Part shown: one piece after another, positions 1 to 9,303 of the stretch
How the letters are laid out: each line of letters begins with the position of its first letter
Numbering within the stretch: the stretch's first letter is position 1
Assembly (NCBI GenBank): GCA_038227105.1
Contig: JBBRQB010000002.1
Location: forward strand, 7,983 to 71,982
Reading direction: 5' to 3'
DNA length: 64,000 bases
Source: Candidatus Limnocylindria bacterium
GTDB taxonomy: Bacteria > Chloroflexota > Limnocylindria > P2-11E
Made by a program: the position numbers and the translations under genes
The notes under the pieces: generated by a model
Databases searched by the model: none
Told to the model about the DNA's origin: nothing
The model's input: only the letters and a program-made list of their open reading frames with translations

Positions 1-967
1 CCTTCGCCGCTGCCGAGAGGCGTGAGCCCTGGATGACCACCATGCCGATCGCGCCGTAATCGAAGCGGCCCTCGAAGCCGATCCGGCCGAGCGTCGCGAA
101 CCCCACGGCGACGCCGATGCCGAGCCCGAGGTCGTGGCCGCGCTTGCGCCAGCCGGCCTCGAGCTCCGCGAAGCGCTCCTGCATGGCGACCGCCATTCGC
201 GTCGCCTGGAGCTGCGGCTCCGGGATCTCGACCGGGTCGTTGAAGAACACCATGATCCCGTCGCCGGCGAAGTGCTCGACAGTGCCCTCGTGACGGAAGA
301 TGACCTCACCCATGGCCGCCTGGTACGCGCGGAGCACCCCGAGCGCCTCCTCCGGCTCCGCGGTCTCGGAGAAGGCCGTGAACCCGCGCAGGTCCGCGAA
401 CACGACCGTGATCTCGCGGCGGTGGCCGTCCAGCAGTGCGTCGCCGCCGGTGGACATGACGAGCTCTGCGATCTGCGGCGACAGGAAACGGCGTAGCCGG
501 CCGAGGCGGCCGAGCTCGTCCACCTGCTCCTGCACACGTTGCTCGAGCGTGCGGTTCCACTCCGCGAGCTCGACCTTCTGGCGCTCGCTCTCGTCGTGGT
601 ACGTCTTCACCCGGAGCAGTGACTTCACGCGCGCGAGGAGCTCGGGTTGGTCGAAGGGCTTCGCGATGAAGTCGTCGGCGCCGGCTTCGATGGCTTTCAC
701 CTTCTCCGGGAGACCGCTCGCCGTGACCATCACGACCGGCAGGAAGCTGGTCAGCGGATCAGCACGCAGCCGGCGGCACACCTCGTAGCCGTCGATGCCG
801 GGAAGCATGATGTCGAGCAGCACGAGGTCCGGCTTCTCGGTCAGCGTCTTGAGCAGCGCCTCCTCACCGGTCAGCGCGGTCACGACCTGGTAGCCGTTCG
901 GGACGAGCACGGCCTCGAGCAGCCGCAGGTTCTGCGGGATGTCGTCGACGGCGAGGATCTTGGTCAC
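1..967 (-). CDS. Response-regulator receiver fused to class III adenylate/guanylate cyclase (5' part; 3' end beyond window start)
   Basis: Own minus-strand translation from GTG at 967: VTKILAVDDIPQNLRLLEAVL...LVLLDIMLPGIDGYEVCRRL (REC) then ...REITVVFADLRGFTAFSE...FAGDGIMVFFNDP (class III cyclase motifs). No stop before position 1. GTG overlaps the TGA of the upstream CheY gene (GTGA). Absent from ORF track because truncated. Confidence 0.75.
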   Translation of the reverse strand, partial: MTKILAVDDIPQNLRLLEAVLVPNGYQVVTALTGEEALLKTLTEKPDLVLLDIMLPGIDGYEVCRRLRADPLTSFLPVVMVTASGLPEKVKAIEAGADDFIAKPFDQPELLARVKSLLRVKTYHDESERQKVELAEWNRTLEQRVQEQVDELGRLGRLRRFLSPQIAELVMSTGGDALLDGHRREITVVFADLRGFTAFSETAEPEEALGVLRAYQAAMGEVIFRHEGTVEHFAGDGIMVFFNDPVEIPEPQLQATRMAVAMQERFAELEAGWRKRGHDLGLGIGVAVGFATLGRIGFEGRFDYGAIGMVVIQGSRLSAAAK

Positions 968-1341
968 GGCTTTGGGTCGATGTAGCTGCGGACCTGGTCA
1001 GGAAAGCTCTTCACGTCGATCGGCTTCGCGATGAATCCATCGAAGCCGGCCTTGTCGAACCGCTCACGATCGCCGGTCATCACGGATGCCGTGAGCGCCA
1101 CGGTAGGGATGTGTTTCGTCCTCTCGTCCGCGCGGATGCGCTGCATGGCCATGATCCCGTCGATCCCGGGCAGCTGGATGTCCATCAGGATGAGTGCGGG
1201 CAGATGCTCGGCGCTCATCGTTACGGCGGTCTCACCGTCGATCGCCTCGACCGTGCGGAAGCCGTGGAATCGCAGCACGTCGCGAGCGAGCTTCATGTTC
1301 TTCTCGTTGTCCTCGACGATGAGGATCAGCTCATTGGCCAT
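964..1341 (-). CDS. Single-domain CheY-like response regulator (receiver only)
   Basis: ORF track 125 aa: ILIVEDNEKNMKLARDVL...LILMDIQLPGIDG...KPIDVKSF is a typical REC fold. The ATG is adjacent to the stop of the upstream HK (1342). Confidence 0.85.
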   Translation of the reverse strand: MANELILIVEDNEKNMKLARDVLRFHGFRTVEAIDGETAVTMSAEHLPALILMDIQLPGIDGIMAMQRIRADERTKHIPTVALTASVMTGDRERFDKAGFDGFIAKPIDVKSFPDQVRSYIDPKP

Positions 1342-4300
1342 TTAGGCTCCCTTCACCACGGGCAGCGTGACGGTGAACGTACTGCCTTTGCCCGAGGTGC
1401 TCTCGACCGTGATGGTGCCACCATGCAGCTCGACCATCCGCTTGGAGAGGGCCAGCCCGAGGCCGGTGCCCTCACGAGACTTTTCGGTCTGGTGTCCGGC
1501 CTGTGTGAACTCCTCGAAGATCCGCTCTTGGTCCTCGACGGCGATGCCGATCCCGGTGTCGTGGACGGCGAGCTGGATGTGGCCGTTCTGCTGGTCGGCG
1601 CGCAGCCGAACCGTGCCCCCGTCCGGCGTGAACTTCACGGCGTTCGCCAAGAGGTTCACCACGACCTGCTTCACCTTGCGCTCGTCGGCGACGACCTCAT
1701 CGAGCGCCGGCGCCATGTCGAGCTCGAGCTTGATCCCGTGACTCTGCGCCCGCTCTCGCACGAGGGTGACCGCGTTGTTCAACGCGGCCACGAGCGAGAA
1801 CGGCGCGAGCTCCAGCTCCATGCGACCGGCCTCGATCTTGGAGAGGTCGAGGATGTCGTTGATGAGCGTCAGCAGGTGTTTGCCGGATGAACGGATGTCC
1901 TCGAGGTAATCGGCCTGCTGATCGTTCAGCTCGCCGAACATCCGCTGCAACAGCACATCGGAGAAGCCGATGACCGCGTTCAGCGGCGTGCGGAGCTCGT
2001 GTGACATGTTGGCGAGGAACTCGCTCTTGTGCTGGTTCGCCACCTCGAGCTGCGCCGATTTCTCCTGGATCTCGTTGAACAGGCGGACGTTCTCGATGGC
2101 GATGGCCGCCTGACGAGCGAAGGATTCCACGAGGTCGATCTCGCGGTCGGTGAACGGTCGCACCTCGATGCGGACCAACACCAGGACGCCGAGCACGTCG
2201 TCACCGCGCAAGAGCGGCACGCCGATGCCGGTACGCGCACCGATCGCGACCATGCCGCGCGAATCCGCGACAGTCTCATCGGCGGTGACGTCGTGGATGT
2301 GGATCGTCCGTCGCTCGCGGAACGCCCGCCCCAGGACCGACGCGGCGTAGGTGATTTCCGCGACCGGGCCCCCCGATGTGGTGGCGTCCTCCGGTCGCCT
2401 CGACGCGACCAATTTGCCATTGCCGTCACGATCGGTCTGCCGGATCCAGCCGTACTCGGCCCGGCAGAGCGCGAGCGACTTGTCGAGCACCATCTCGAAC
2501 ACCGGCTTCAGGTCGAACGCGCTCTGGCTCATTGCCGCGAGGAGCTCCGCGGTCGCGGTCTGGCGCTCGAGCGCCTCCTGCGTCTCCCTGAAGAGTCTGA
2601 CGTTCTCCATGGCGATCGCGGCCTGTGTCGCGAAGGACTCAACGAGCTCGATGTCGCGCGTGGAGAAGGGATCTACCTCGCGCCGGCCGAGCTGGATCAC
2701 GCCGATGGGCTCACCGTCCTTCAGGATCGGTATCGCCAGCCGTGTACGGACGAGTCCCGCTTGCGCGCCCGACCGCAGCTGCTCGTCGAGTAGGACATCG
2801 GGTATGTGCACGGCCCTCCGGGTCACGACCGCTCGTTCCAGGGTGCTGGTCGCGACCGCCGGATCGAGCGTGCGTCGCACGAGGTGTGTCGCCGCATCGC
2901 GTGGCCAGTCTCCGGATGACGCGTCATAGAACCATTCGCCGCCGTCGCGCTGCCAGATGACCGCATGGTCGGCGCGGCATAGTGCGAGCGATGATTCGGC
3001 GATCGTCTGTAGCACCGGCCCGATATCGAACGCCGACCGGCTGATGACATCCAGCACGCTGCTCGTCGCGGTCTGGCGCTCAAGCGCCTCCTGCGTCTCC
3101 TTGAACAGCCGCGTGTTCGCGAGCGCGATGACCGCTTGATCCGCGAAGGTCTGCACGAGCTCGATCTGCCGCTCAGAGAACCCGCGGGGCTCGCGGCGGC
3201 GCAGGACGATCGCGCCCAGCGCCCGGCCGTCGCGCATCAACGGCGCGCTCAGGATGGCCCGCTGGCCATCCCCTCGGAGCGATATCGCCTTGCTGAGCGG
3301 ATATTCGTCGGTCGCGCGAACGTCCGCTATATGGATCGTGCGGCGCTCGACGATGGCGCGACCCGTGACGGTCAGCGAATCGATCGGCGTGCTGGTGGCC
3401 ATGTCGATCGGACCAGCATGGGCGGACGCGACTGCCTGGTCCCCTTGGACGATCATCACGGTGACGTCCTCAGCGCCTGCGAACCGCGCCGCGCTCACCG
3501 CGATCGCATCAAGGACCGGCTGGATATCGGTGGGTGATGCCGAAATGACCTTGAGAATGTCGCCGATGGCCATCTGACGCTCGAGTGCCTCACCGGTCTC
3601 GTTGAACAGCCGGGCGTTCTCGATCGCGATCACCGCCTGGTCAGCGAAGGTCTCCACGAGGGCGATCTGCTCGGCGGAGAAGGAATTCGCGCTCGTTCGC
3701 CAGAGGGCGATGACGCCGATCGATCGGCCTCCCGTGATCAACGGCACCGAAAGCAGGACCTTGAAGCCGCCGAGCCGTTTGGCGTCGGCGTAGGTGTACG
3801 TCGGGTCGGCGTCGACATCGGGGATGTGGACCGTGCGTCGCTCGGTGAACGCGCGACCCGTCGCTGAACCGAGGTTGTCGGACCTGATCGGGTTCTCGCG
3901 CTGCCATTCGCGCATGACATCCGCCCGGGGACCGAACGCCGCACTCATCGCGAGGAGCTCGCCATCAGCCCGGTAGAGGAAGCCGTTCTCCGCCTCGCTG
4001 AGGCGGGTCGCATGCGAGATGACGGTGCTCAGGAGGCCCTCGAGATCGAGGGCGGAACCGCTGATCGCCTTGAGGATCTCGCTTGTCGCGGTCTGACGTT
4101 GCAGCGACTCCTTCGTTTCGTTGAAGAGCCGGACGTTATCGAGCGCGATGACCGCTTGTGACGCGAATGTCTCGACCAGCTCCACCTCCTGCTCGCTGAA
4201 TGCACCCGGCCTGATGCGCCGCAGCTGGATCGCGCCAACGGCGCGCCCATCCTTGAGGAGTGGCGCAGCGAGGAAGCCGCGATACCCATGCTCGGCCGCG

Positions 4301-6780
4301 TACGCCTTCGCCTCGCCGAATTCGGCGTCGTCGAGGTCCTCCATGTCAGGCACGTTGTACAGGCGTCCTTCGCGGATGACGCGTCCGGTCACGAATCGAT
4401 CTGACAGCGGGAACACCTGCTTGGGTACGGCGAGCTTGCCATTGGTCGCAACGAGATCCACGTCGCCGTCCGCGCGAAGGAGGGCGACCGCGGCATCATC
4501 CGCGTTGCAGAAACGCCCGGCGCTCGCCGCGATCGTGTCGAGGACCGGTTGCACGTCGGTTGGTGAGCTCGAGATCACCTGCAGGATGTCGCTGATCGCC
4601 GTCTGTCGCTCGAGCGCCCCCTTCGTCTCGTTGAAGAGGCGCACATTTTCCAGGGCGATGACGGCCTGGTCGGCGAACGCGCGAAGCAGGTCCGCGTCTC
4701 GCTCACTGAATGCACCCGCGGTCGATCGCCGCAGCGCGATGCCGCCGATCGCGGTGCCTCCACGCAACAAGGGCGTGGCGATCGTGGCGCGGAAGCCAAA
4801 GCGACGCGACGTCTCTCGTAGCGCGGGGAATTCCGGGTCATCGAGGGTGTTCGCTGAGTGGATCGTCCGGCGCTCGAGAACGGCACGGCCCATCACGCTT
4901 GCCTGATCGGCCGGCCATAGCTCGTCCGGTCCCCGCAGCGGGATCGGCCCGTGATGCGCGCGCGTGCTGAACTGACCGTCGGCGTAGAGCGCGAGGAGCG
5001 CGTCCTCGCAGCCGCAGAACCGGACCGCATTGCGCACGATCGCGTCGAGTACCGGTTGCTGCTCGGTCGGCGAGCTCGCGATGACCTGCAGGATCTCGCC
5101 GAGCGCCGTCTGGCGCTCCAGCGACTCCCTTGTTTCGTTGAAGAGCCGCACGTTCTCGATGGCGATGACCGCCTGATCGGCGAAGGTCTCCAGTAGCGCG
5201 ATCTCCTTTTGCGAGAATGGGCGTGCGACCTCCCGGCGCGCCACGATGACCCCTATCAGCTGACCGTCGCGCGCGAGCGGCACCCCGAGGAGGGTGCTGT
5301 GCGGCGGCGCCTGTCCGGTCGCCCGCCGCTGGCCGCTGTATTCACCGTCCGCCGCCGTATCCGGGATCTGCACGCTTCGTCGTTCGAGAAGCACCCGGCC
5401 GGTCAGTGTCGCGCGCGTTGGCGCGATCGGATGCTCCTGCCAGTACGCGATGAAGTCCTCCCGGTCGGGGATCGCGCCGGCGTCCGCCAATAGGTGCGCA
5501 GCGCCGCCGTCGATGCCGAGGACGTAGGCGCTGTCGGCGCCGCAGAGCTGAACAGCGTTGTGCACGACCGCGTCGAGGACCGGAGCAACGTCCTGCACCG
5601 AGCCGCTGATCACCTTCAACAGGTCGCTCGTCGCCGTCTGCCGCTCGAGCGCTTCCTTCGTCTCGTTGAACAGGCGGACGTTCTCCATCGCGATGACGGC
5701 CTGGTCAGCGAAGGTCTCGACGAGCTTCACTTCGCTCTCACTGAACGGCTGCACCCGGTTGCGGCGTAGCAGGAAGGCGCCGATCACCACGTCGTCGCGG
5801 CGCAGCGGTACGACGAGCAGCGTGCGGGTCTCGGCCATCTCCTTCGGGATCCTGCCCAATGCGATATCCGTGGCGGACGTGGCCGCGTAGTACTCGTGCA
5901 GGCGGGTATCGGCGATATGGACGGAGCGCTTCGTCTTCAGCATCTGACCCATCCCGCTTTTCGGCGAGATCGGCGTCAAGGCGGGATCGAGCTGCTCCAC
6001 GGTCGAGCTCGCGACATTGCTGCGCATGCGACCGTCGATGCGGCTCACGGTCGCGTTGTCGGCTCCACAGATCCGCGCCGCACGCCCGGCGAGCATGCGG
6101 AGGATCGCGTCCAGATCGAACGCGGACCGGCTGATCGCCCGAAGCACATCCGCGGTCGCGGACTGCTGGTCGAGCGCCTCCCTCGTTTCTTTGAGGAGCC
6201 GCGCGTTCGCCATCGCGACCGCGAGCTGATCGGCGAACGTCTCGACGAGCGCGATCGTCCCCGGTTCGAAGCCACCCGGATCGTTGCGCGAGGTCAGGAT
6301 CACCCCGATCGTCTCGCCCCCGTGACGGACCGGCACGGCGAGCCGCGTCCGACGCCGTTCGGCGTCATGTAGCTTCGGCTCGGCGAGGATCGTGTCCGCG
6401 TAGTGGAACCGTTGACCGCTGAGGGCGGCGCGACCAAAGATCGTGCCGGGATCCGCTGTCACGCGGTCGCCGGGCTTCCCCGGAGCCTGCCCGTACGTCG
6501 CGGCAAGGACGTAGCCGTCCACGTCGCGCCGGATGAATCCGCCGTTGTCGGAGCCCGCGAGGCGGACCACAGCTCTCACGACCATATCCGCGACCGTGTC
6601 GATCTCCACCGTGGGATCGGCGAGGGCCCGCATCACGGCGCTCACGGCGTCCAGCTGCTTTCGCGCGTCGTCGCGCACCGCCGCCGCCGGCTTTGTCGAC
6701 GCCGTCAGCTTCTTGAGGGGCGCGGCCTTCTGTGCGGCGACCTTCGTGACCGCTCGCTTCCTGCCCGTCCCCGACCTCAC
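1342..6780 (-). CDS. Cytoplasmic multi-GAF sensor histidine kinase (~9 tandem GAF domains + HisKA + HATPase_c)
   Basis: ORF track 1812 aa. The linker motif [23 protein letters not shown] recurs 8 times between ~165-aa GAF units. C-terminus has [17 protein letters not shown] (H-box) and [18 protein letters not shown] (G2 box). No TM segments. GTG start at 6780 is 1 bp from the divergent neighbour's ATG, so the true start may be the GTG at 6678. Confidence 0.85.
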   Translation of the reverse strand: MRSGTGRKRAVTKVAAQKAAPLKKLTASTKPAAAVRDDARKQLDAVSAVMRALADPTVEIDTVADMVVRAVVRLAGSDNGGFIRRDVDGYVLAATYGQAPGKPGDRVTADPGTIFGRAALSGQRFHYADTILAEPKLHDAERRRTRLAVPVRHGGETIGVILTSRNDPGGFEPGTIALVETFADQLAVAMANARLLKETREALDQQSATADVLRAISRSAFDLDAILRMLAGRAARICGADNATVSRIDGRMRSNVASSTVEQLDPALTPISPKSGMGQMLKTKRSVHIADTRLHEYYAATSATDIALGRIPKEMAETRTLLVVPLRRDDVVIGAFLLRRNRVQPFSESEVKLVETFADQAVIAMENVRLFNETKEALERQTATSDLLKVISGSVQDVAPVLDAVVHNAVQLCGADSAYVLGIDGGAAHLLADAGAIPDREDFIAYWQEHPIAPTRATLTGRVLLERRSVQIPDTAADGEYSGQRRATGQAPPHSTLLGVPLARDGQLIGVIVARREVARPFSQKEIALLETFADQAVIAIENVRLFNETRESLERQTALGEILQVIASSPTEQQPVLDAIVRNAVRFCGCEDALLALYADGQFSTRAHHGPIPLRGPDELWPADQASVMGRAVLERRTIHSANTLDDPEFPALRETSRRFGFRATIATPLLRGGTAIGGIALRRSTAGAFSERDADLLRAFADQAVIALENVRLFNETKGALERQTAISDILQVISSSPTDVQPVLDTIAASAGRFCNADDAAVALLRADGDVDLVATNGKLAVPKQVFPLSDRFVTGRVIREGRLYNVPDMEDLDDAEFGEAKAYAAEHGYRGFLAAPLLKDGRAVGAIQLRRIRPGAFSEQEVELVETFASQAVIALDNVRLFNETKESLQRQTATSEILKAISGSALDLEGLLSTVISHATRLSEAENGFLYRADGELLAMSAAFGPRADVMREWQRENPIRSDNLGSATGRAFTERRTVHIPDVDADPTYTYADAKRLGGFKVLLSVPLITGGRSIGVIALWRTSANSFSAEQIALVETFADQAVIAIENARLFNETGEALERQMAIGDILKVISASPTDIQPVLDAIAVSAARFAGAEDVTVMIVQGDQAVASAHAGPIDMATSTPIDSLTVTGRAIVERRTIHIADVRATDEYPLSKAISLRGDGQRAILSAPLMRDGRALGAIVLRRREPRGFSERQIELVQTFADQAVIALANTRLFKETQEALERQTATSSVLDVISRSAFDIGPVLQTIAESSLALCRADHAVIWQRDGGEWFYDASSGDWPRDAATHLVRRTLDPAVATSTLERAVVTRRAVHIPDVLLDEQLRSGAQAGLVRTRLAIPILKDGEPIGVIQLGRREVDPFSTRDIELVESFATQAAIAMENVRLFRETQEALERQTATAELLAAMSQSAFDLKPVFEMVLDKSLALCRAEYGWIRQTDRDGNGKLVASRRPEDATTSGGPVAEITYAASVLGRAFRERRTIHIHDVTADETVADSRGMVAIGARTGIGVPLLRGDDVLGVLVLVRIEVRPFTDREIDLVESFARQAAIAIENVRLFNEIQEKSAQLEVANQHKSEFLANMSHELRTPLNAVIGFSDVLLQRMFGELNDQQADYLEDIRSSGKHLLTLINDILDLSKIEAGRMELELAPFSLVAALNNAVTLVRERAQSHGIKLELDMAPALDEVVADERKVKQVVVNLLANAVKFTPDGGTVRLRADQQNGHIQLAVHDTGIGIAVEDQERIFEEFTQAGHQTEKSREGTGLGLALSKRMVELHGGTITVESTSGKGSTFTVTLPVVKGA

Positions 6781-6781
6781 G

Positions 6782-8965
6782 ATGTGCGCAAGTATCGGCG
6801 CGCCGCAATACCCTTGCGCCGCGGGAGGGTGCTTGGATATCTGGCAGATCCTGCGCGACCGGCTCGACTACGCGTCGTTCGTCCCGACCCCGCTTCCCGA
6901 CGTGGAACGCGCCGATCTCCGGCGTCGCGACGGCTCGCCCTATTCGGTGCTGAAGAACCAGCGTGGGGACAAGGGCGCGGGCCGGTATCTGCGGCTCGAT
7001 GTGGCCGATGTCCAGCTCTACGAGCTGATGGATGGACAGCGTTCGATCCAGGACATCCTCATGGCGCACGTCGAGCGCAACGGCGTCTTCGCGCTGGATC
7101 GCCTGGCGCGCCTCACGGCGCAGCTCAGGGCGAACGGCTTCTTCGGCGAGGAGCCGCCGATGCTGTACGAGAAGCTGTTCGCGCGGCGCGCGATGCGCGA
7201 TCCCATCGCGCGCGCGTCGACCTTCCTCAAGCGGCTCGTCGTGTGGGACATCGCCCGGTGGTCGAACGCCGACCGCCTCGTGGACGCGGTGTACCGGCTC
7301 GGTGGCCGGCTCGCGTTCACGCGCGTCGGTGCCGTCGCGCTCGTAGCCTTCGGTCTGTACGGGCTCTGGACCTGGTTCGGTGAGGTGCGCTCACCGCGCC
7401 ATCAGCTCGCGACGATCGACGGCTCCTACGTACTGGGCATCCTCGCGCTCGTCCTCCTGCAGGTGGCGTCGATCTCGGTGCATGAGGCCGGTCACGCCCT
7501 CGCGATCCGGCACTTCGGGAGGCGCGTCCGACGCTTCGGCGTCGCGATGTATTACCTCTTCCCGTGCTTTTACGTCGACTCGACGGACATGGTCCTCGGC
7601 ACACGCGCGCAGCGGATCGTCGTGTCCCTCGCCGGGCCGTTCGCGGGCCTGACCGTCGCGTCCGCTTGCGCGCTCGTGGCGGCGGGGCAACCCGACACGC
7701 TCACCGGAAGCCTCATGTTCAAGGCCGCGAGCCTGTTCGTCTTCCAGTTCATCTTCAATCTCCTGCCGATCCTGGAGCTCGACGGCTACCACGTGCTCAC
7801 CGACGCGCTCGACGCGCCGTTCCTGCGCCAGCGGGCGCTCGGGTTCGTGCGCGGCGCGGCATTCGTGAAGCTGCGTCGTCGCGCCACATGGTCACGTGAG
7901 GAGGTCGGCCTCGCGATCTTCGGCATCACCGCGATCGTCACGTCCCTCGCGACGCTGGTGCTGTCGATCCAGCTCTGGCGTTCACGCATCGGTGTCGCAT
8001 CTCAAGAGCTCCTCGCCATCGGACCGGCGGGGATCCTCGCGCTCGCGCTGCTGGTCCTCGTCTTCGTCGGCCCGCTCGCGGTCGCGGTCATCGCGCGGGT
8101 GACCGGCACCGTGCGCACGACCGTCAACCTCGCACGCTCCCGCAGCCGCGCTGTGACCCAGCGCGAGCAGCAGGAGCGCGTCGCGATGCTCGCTCGCGTG
8201 CGATTCCTCGCGGGACTGCCAGGCCCGGCGCTCGTTGCGCTCGCGTCGCAGCTGGACATCGAGCACGCCGATGCCGGACGGACCGTGATCACCGCGGGCA
8301 GCACCGGCGACCGCTTCTACCTCGTGCGATCGGGCTCGCTGCAGGCCGTGGCCGTCGACGGCACGGTGCTCGGGACGATCTCGGCCGGAGAGGGCTTCGG
8401 CGAGCTCGCGCTGCTCGACGGAACGCCGCGGACCGCGACGGTCCAGGCCCTCGAGGACTGCGAGCTGTGGTCGCTCGACCGGCCGCACTTCCAGCGGTGG
8501 ATCCGTGACCGGTACGAGATCGCCGCGCGCATCCGCGCCGACATCGGCGCTCGGACCGCCCTCGCGGCCCTGCCGTTCTTCCGCGATCTGGAGGGCCGCG
8601 AGCTCGACGCCACTGCCGCGCGCCTGCAGGCCCGGCGGTACGAAGACGGTGACGTCGTGATCCAGGCGGGAGAAAGTGGCGGCGGCTATTACCTGATCCG
8701 CGAGGGCACGGCCGACGTGGCCCTCCCGGACGGCCGGCACGTGCGCACCCTCGGCCCCGGCGACGGCTTCGGGGAGCTCGCGCTCATCTTCGGGACGCCG
8801 CGCACGGCGACGGTCACGGCGAAGGGCCCACTGGTCGTCGGAGTGCTCGGACGGTCTGATTTCGCGGCGCTTGTAACTGCGTCAGGCGAAACGATGGGTG
8901 AATTCCGCCGCAGGACGGGCCATTATGTCGGGGCTGGCCTTGGCGGGGCCGTTGGGGGAGCGTAG
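6782..8965 (+). CDS. M50/site-2-type intramembrane metalloprotease with N-terminal PqqD/RRE-like domain and two C-terminal cyclic-nucleotide-binding domains
   Basis: ORF track frame 6533..8965. [13 protein letters not shown] (HExxH) in a hydrophobic segment plus [12 protein letters not shown] (M50 NxxPxxxxDG motif). N-terminal [53 protein letters not shown] resembles PqqD/RRE. Two cNMP-binding units ([10 protein letters not shown]...[21 protein letters not shown] and [10 protein letters not shown]...[21 protein letters not shown]). Start uncertain: ATG 6782, TTG 6833 (after GGGAGGG) or ATG 7028. Confidence 0.8.
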   Translation: MCASIGAPQYPCAAGGCLDIWQILRDRLDYASFVPTPLPDVERADLRRRDGSPYSVLKNQRGDKGAGRYLRLDVADVQLYELMDGQRSIQDILMAHVERNGVFALDRLARLTAQLRANGFFGEEPPMLYEKLFARRAMRDPIARASTFLKRLVVWDIARWSNADRLVDAVYRLGGRLAFTRVGAVALVAFGLYGLWTWFGEVRSPRHQLATIDGSYVLGILALVLLQVASISVHEAGHALAIRHFGRRVRRFGVAMYYLFPCFYVDSTDMVLGTRAQRIVVSLAGPFAGLTVASACALVAAGQPDTLTGSLMFKAASLFVFQFIFNLLPILELDGYHVLTDALDAPFLRQRALGFVRGAAFVKLRRRATWSREEVGLAIFGITAIVTSLATLVLSIQLWRSRIGVASQELLAIGPAGILALALLVLVFVGPLAVAVIARVTGTVRTTVNLARSRSRAVTQREQQERVAMLARVRFLAGLPGPALVALASQLDIEHADAGRTVITAGSTGDRFYLVRSGSLQAVAVDGTVLGTISAGEGFGELALLDGTPRTATVQALEDCELWSLDRPHFQRWIRDRYEIAARIRADIGARTALAALPFFRDLEGRELDATAARLQARRYEDGDVVIQAGESGGGYYLIREGTADVALPDGRHVRTLGPGDGFGELALIFGTPRTATVTAKGPLVVGVLGRSDFAALVTASGETMGEFRRRTGHYVGAGLGGAVGGA

Positions 8966-9181
8966 GTGGACTGTTGGACCTGTGAGCGCCCGGCACTCGC
9001 GGCATGCCGGTTCTGTGGCCGCGGCGCCTGCCGGGAGCACGCGCGGAGCCATCCCTTCGTCCTCGACGTCTTGCGTGGCACCCGGCATCAGGGGCTGCGG
9101 GCCCTCGTCGTGGAGGACGCCGTCCATTGCGGCGTCTGCCGGCCCCGGAGCGAGCCGGTCGACATGCCCGAGCTGGAATAG
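8966..9181 (+). CDS. Small Cys-rich zinc-ribbon protein (DUF2180-like pattern)
   Basis: ORF track 71 aa: MDCWTCERPALAACRFCGRGACREHA...VHCGVCRP (CxxC x10 CxxC x4 C ... CxxC). GTG start immediately after the protease TAG (8963-8965), consistent with translational coupling. Confidence 0.55.
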   Translation: MDCWTCERPALAACRFCGRGACREHARSHPFVLDVLRGTRHQGLRALVVEDAVHCGVCRPRSEPVDMPELE

Positions 9182-9303
9182 GGGAGGCGCAGTGGGGAAC
9201 GTCATCCAGAGCACGTAGCGGGCGTGCCGGCGTGTATCGAGCGGCAGGTCCGCTCGGCGCAGGCTCCCTTCAACACACACGCGGAGAAAAAGGAGCAACG
9301 GCG

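Noticed and set aside
1342-6780. Periodic repeats in the kinase gene considered as a CRISPR-like or other non-coding array
   Set aside because: The periodicity is ~500 bp at protein level (GAF domain duplication) within one continuous ORF. There are no short direct repeats with unique spacers.
6533-6781. First 83 codons of the protease ORF-track call (start 6533)
   Set aside because: It overlaps the 5' end of the divergent kinase gene and translates to a Ser/Thr/Ala-rich low-complexity peptide. The protease start was moved to 6782 or later.
9004-9303. Upstream extension of the repeat-protein ORF (ORF-track start 9004)
   Set aside because: Its translation is Arg/Pro-rich junk overlapping the DUF2180-like ORF. 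ATG 9304 has a canonical AAGGAG SD and begins the NHLP-like domain.
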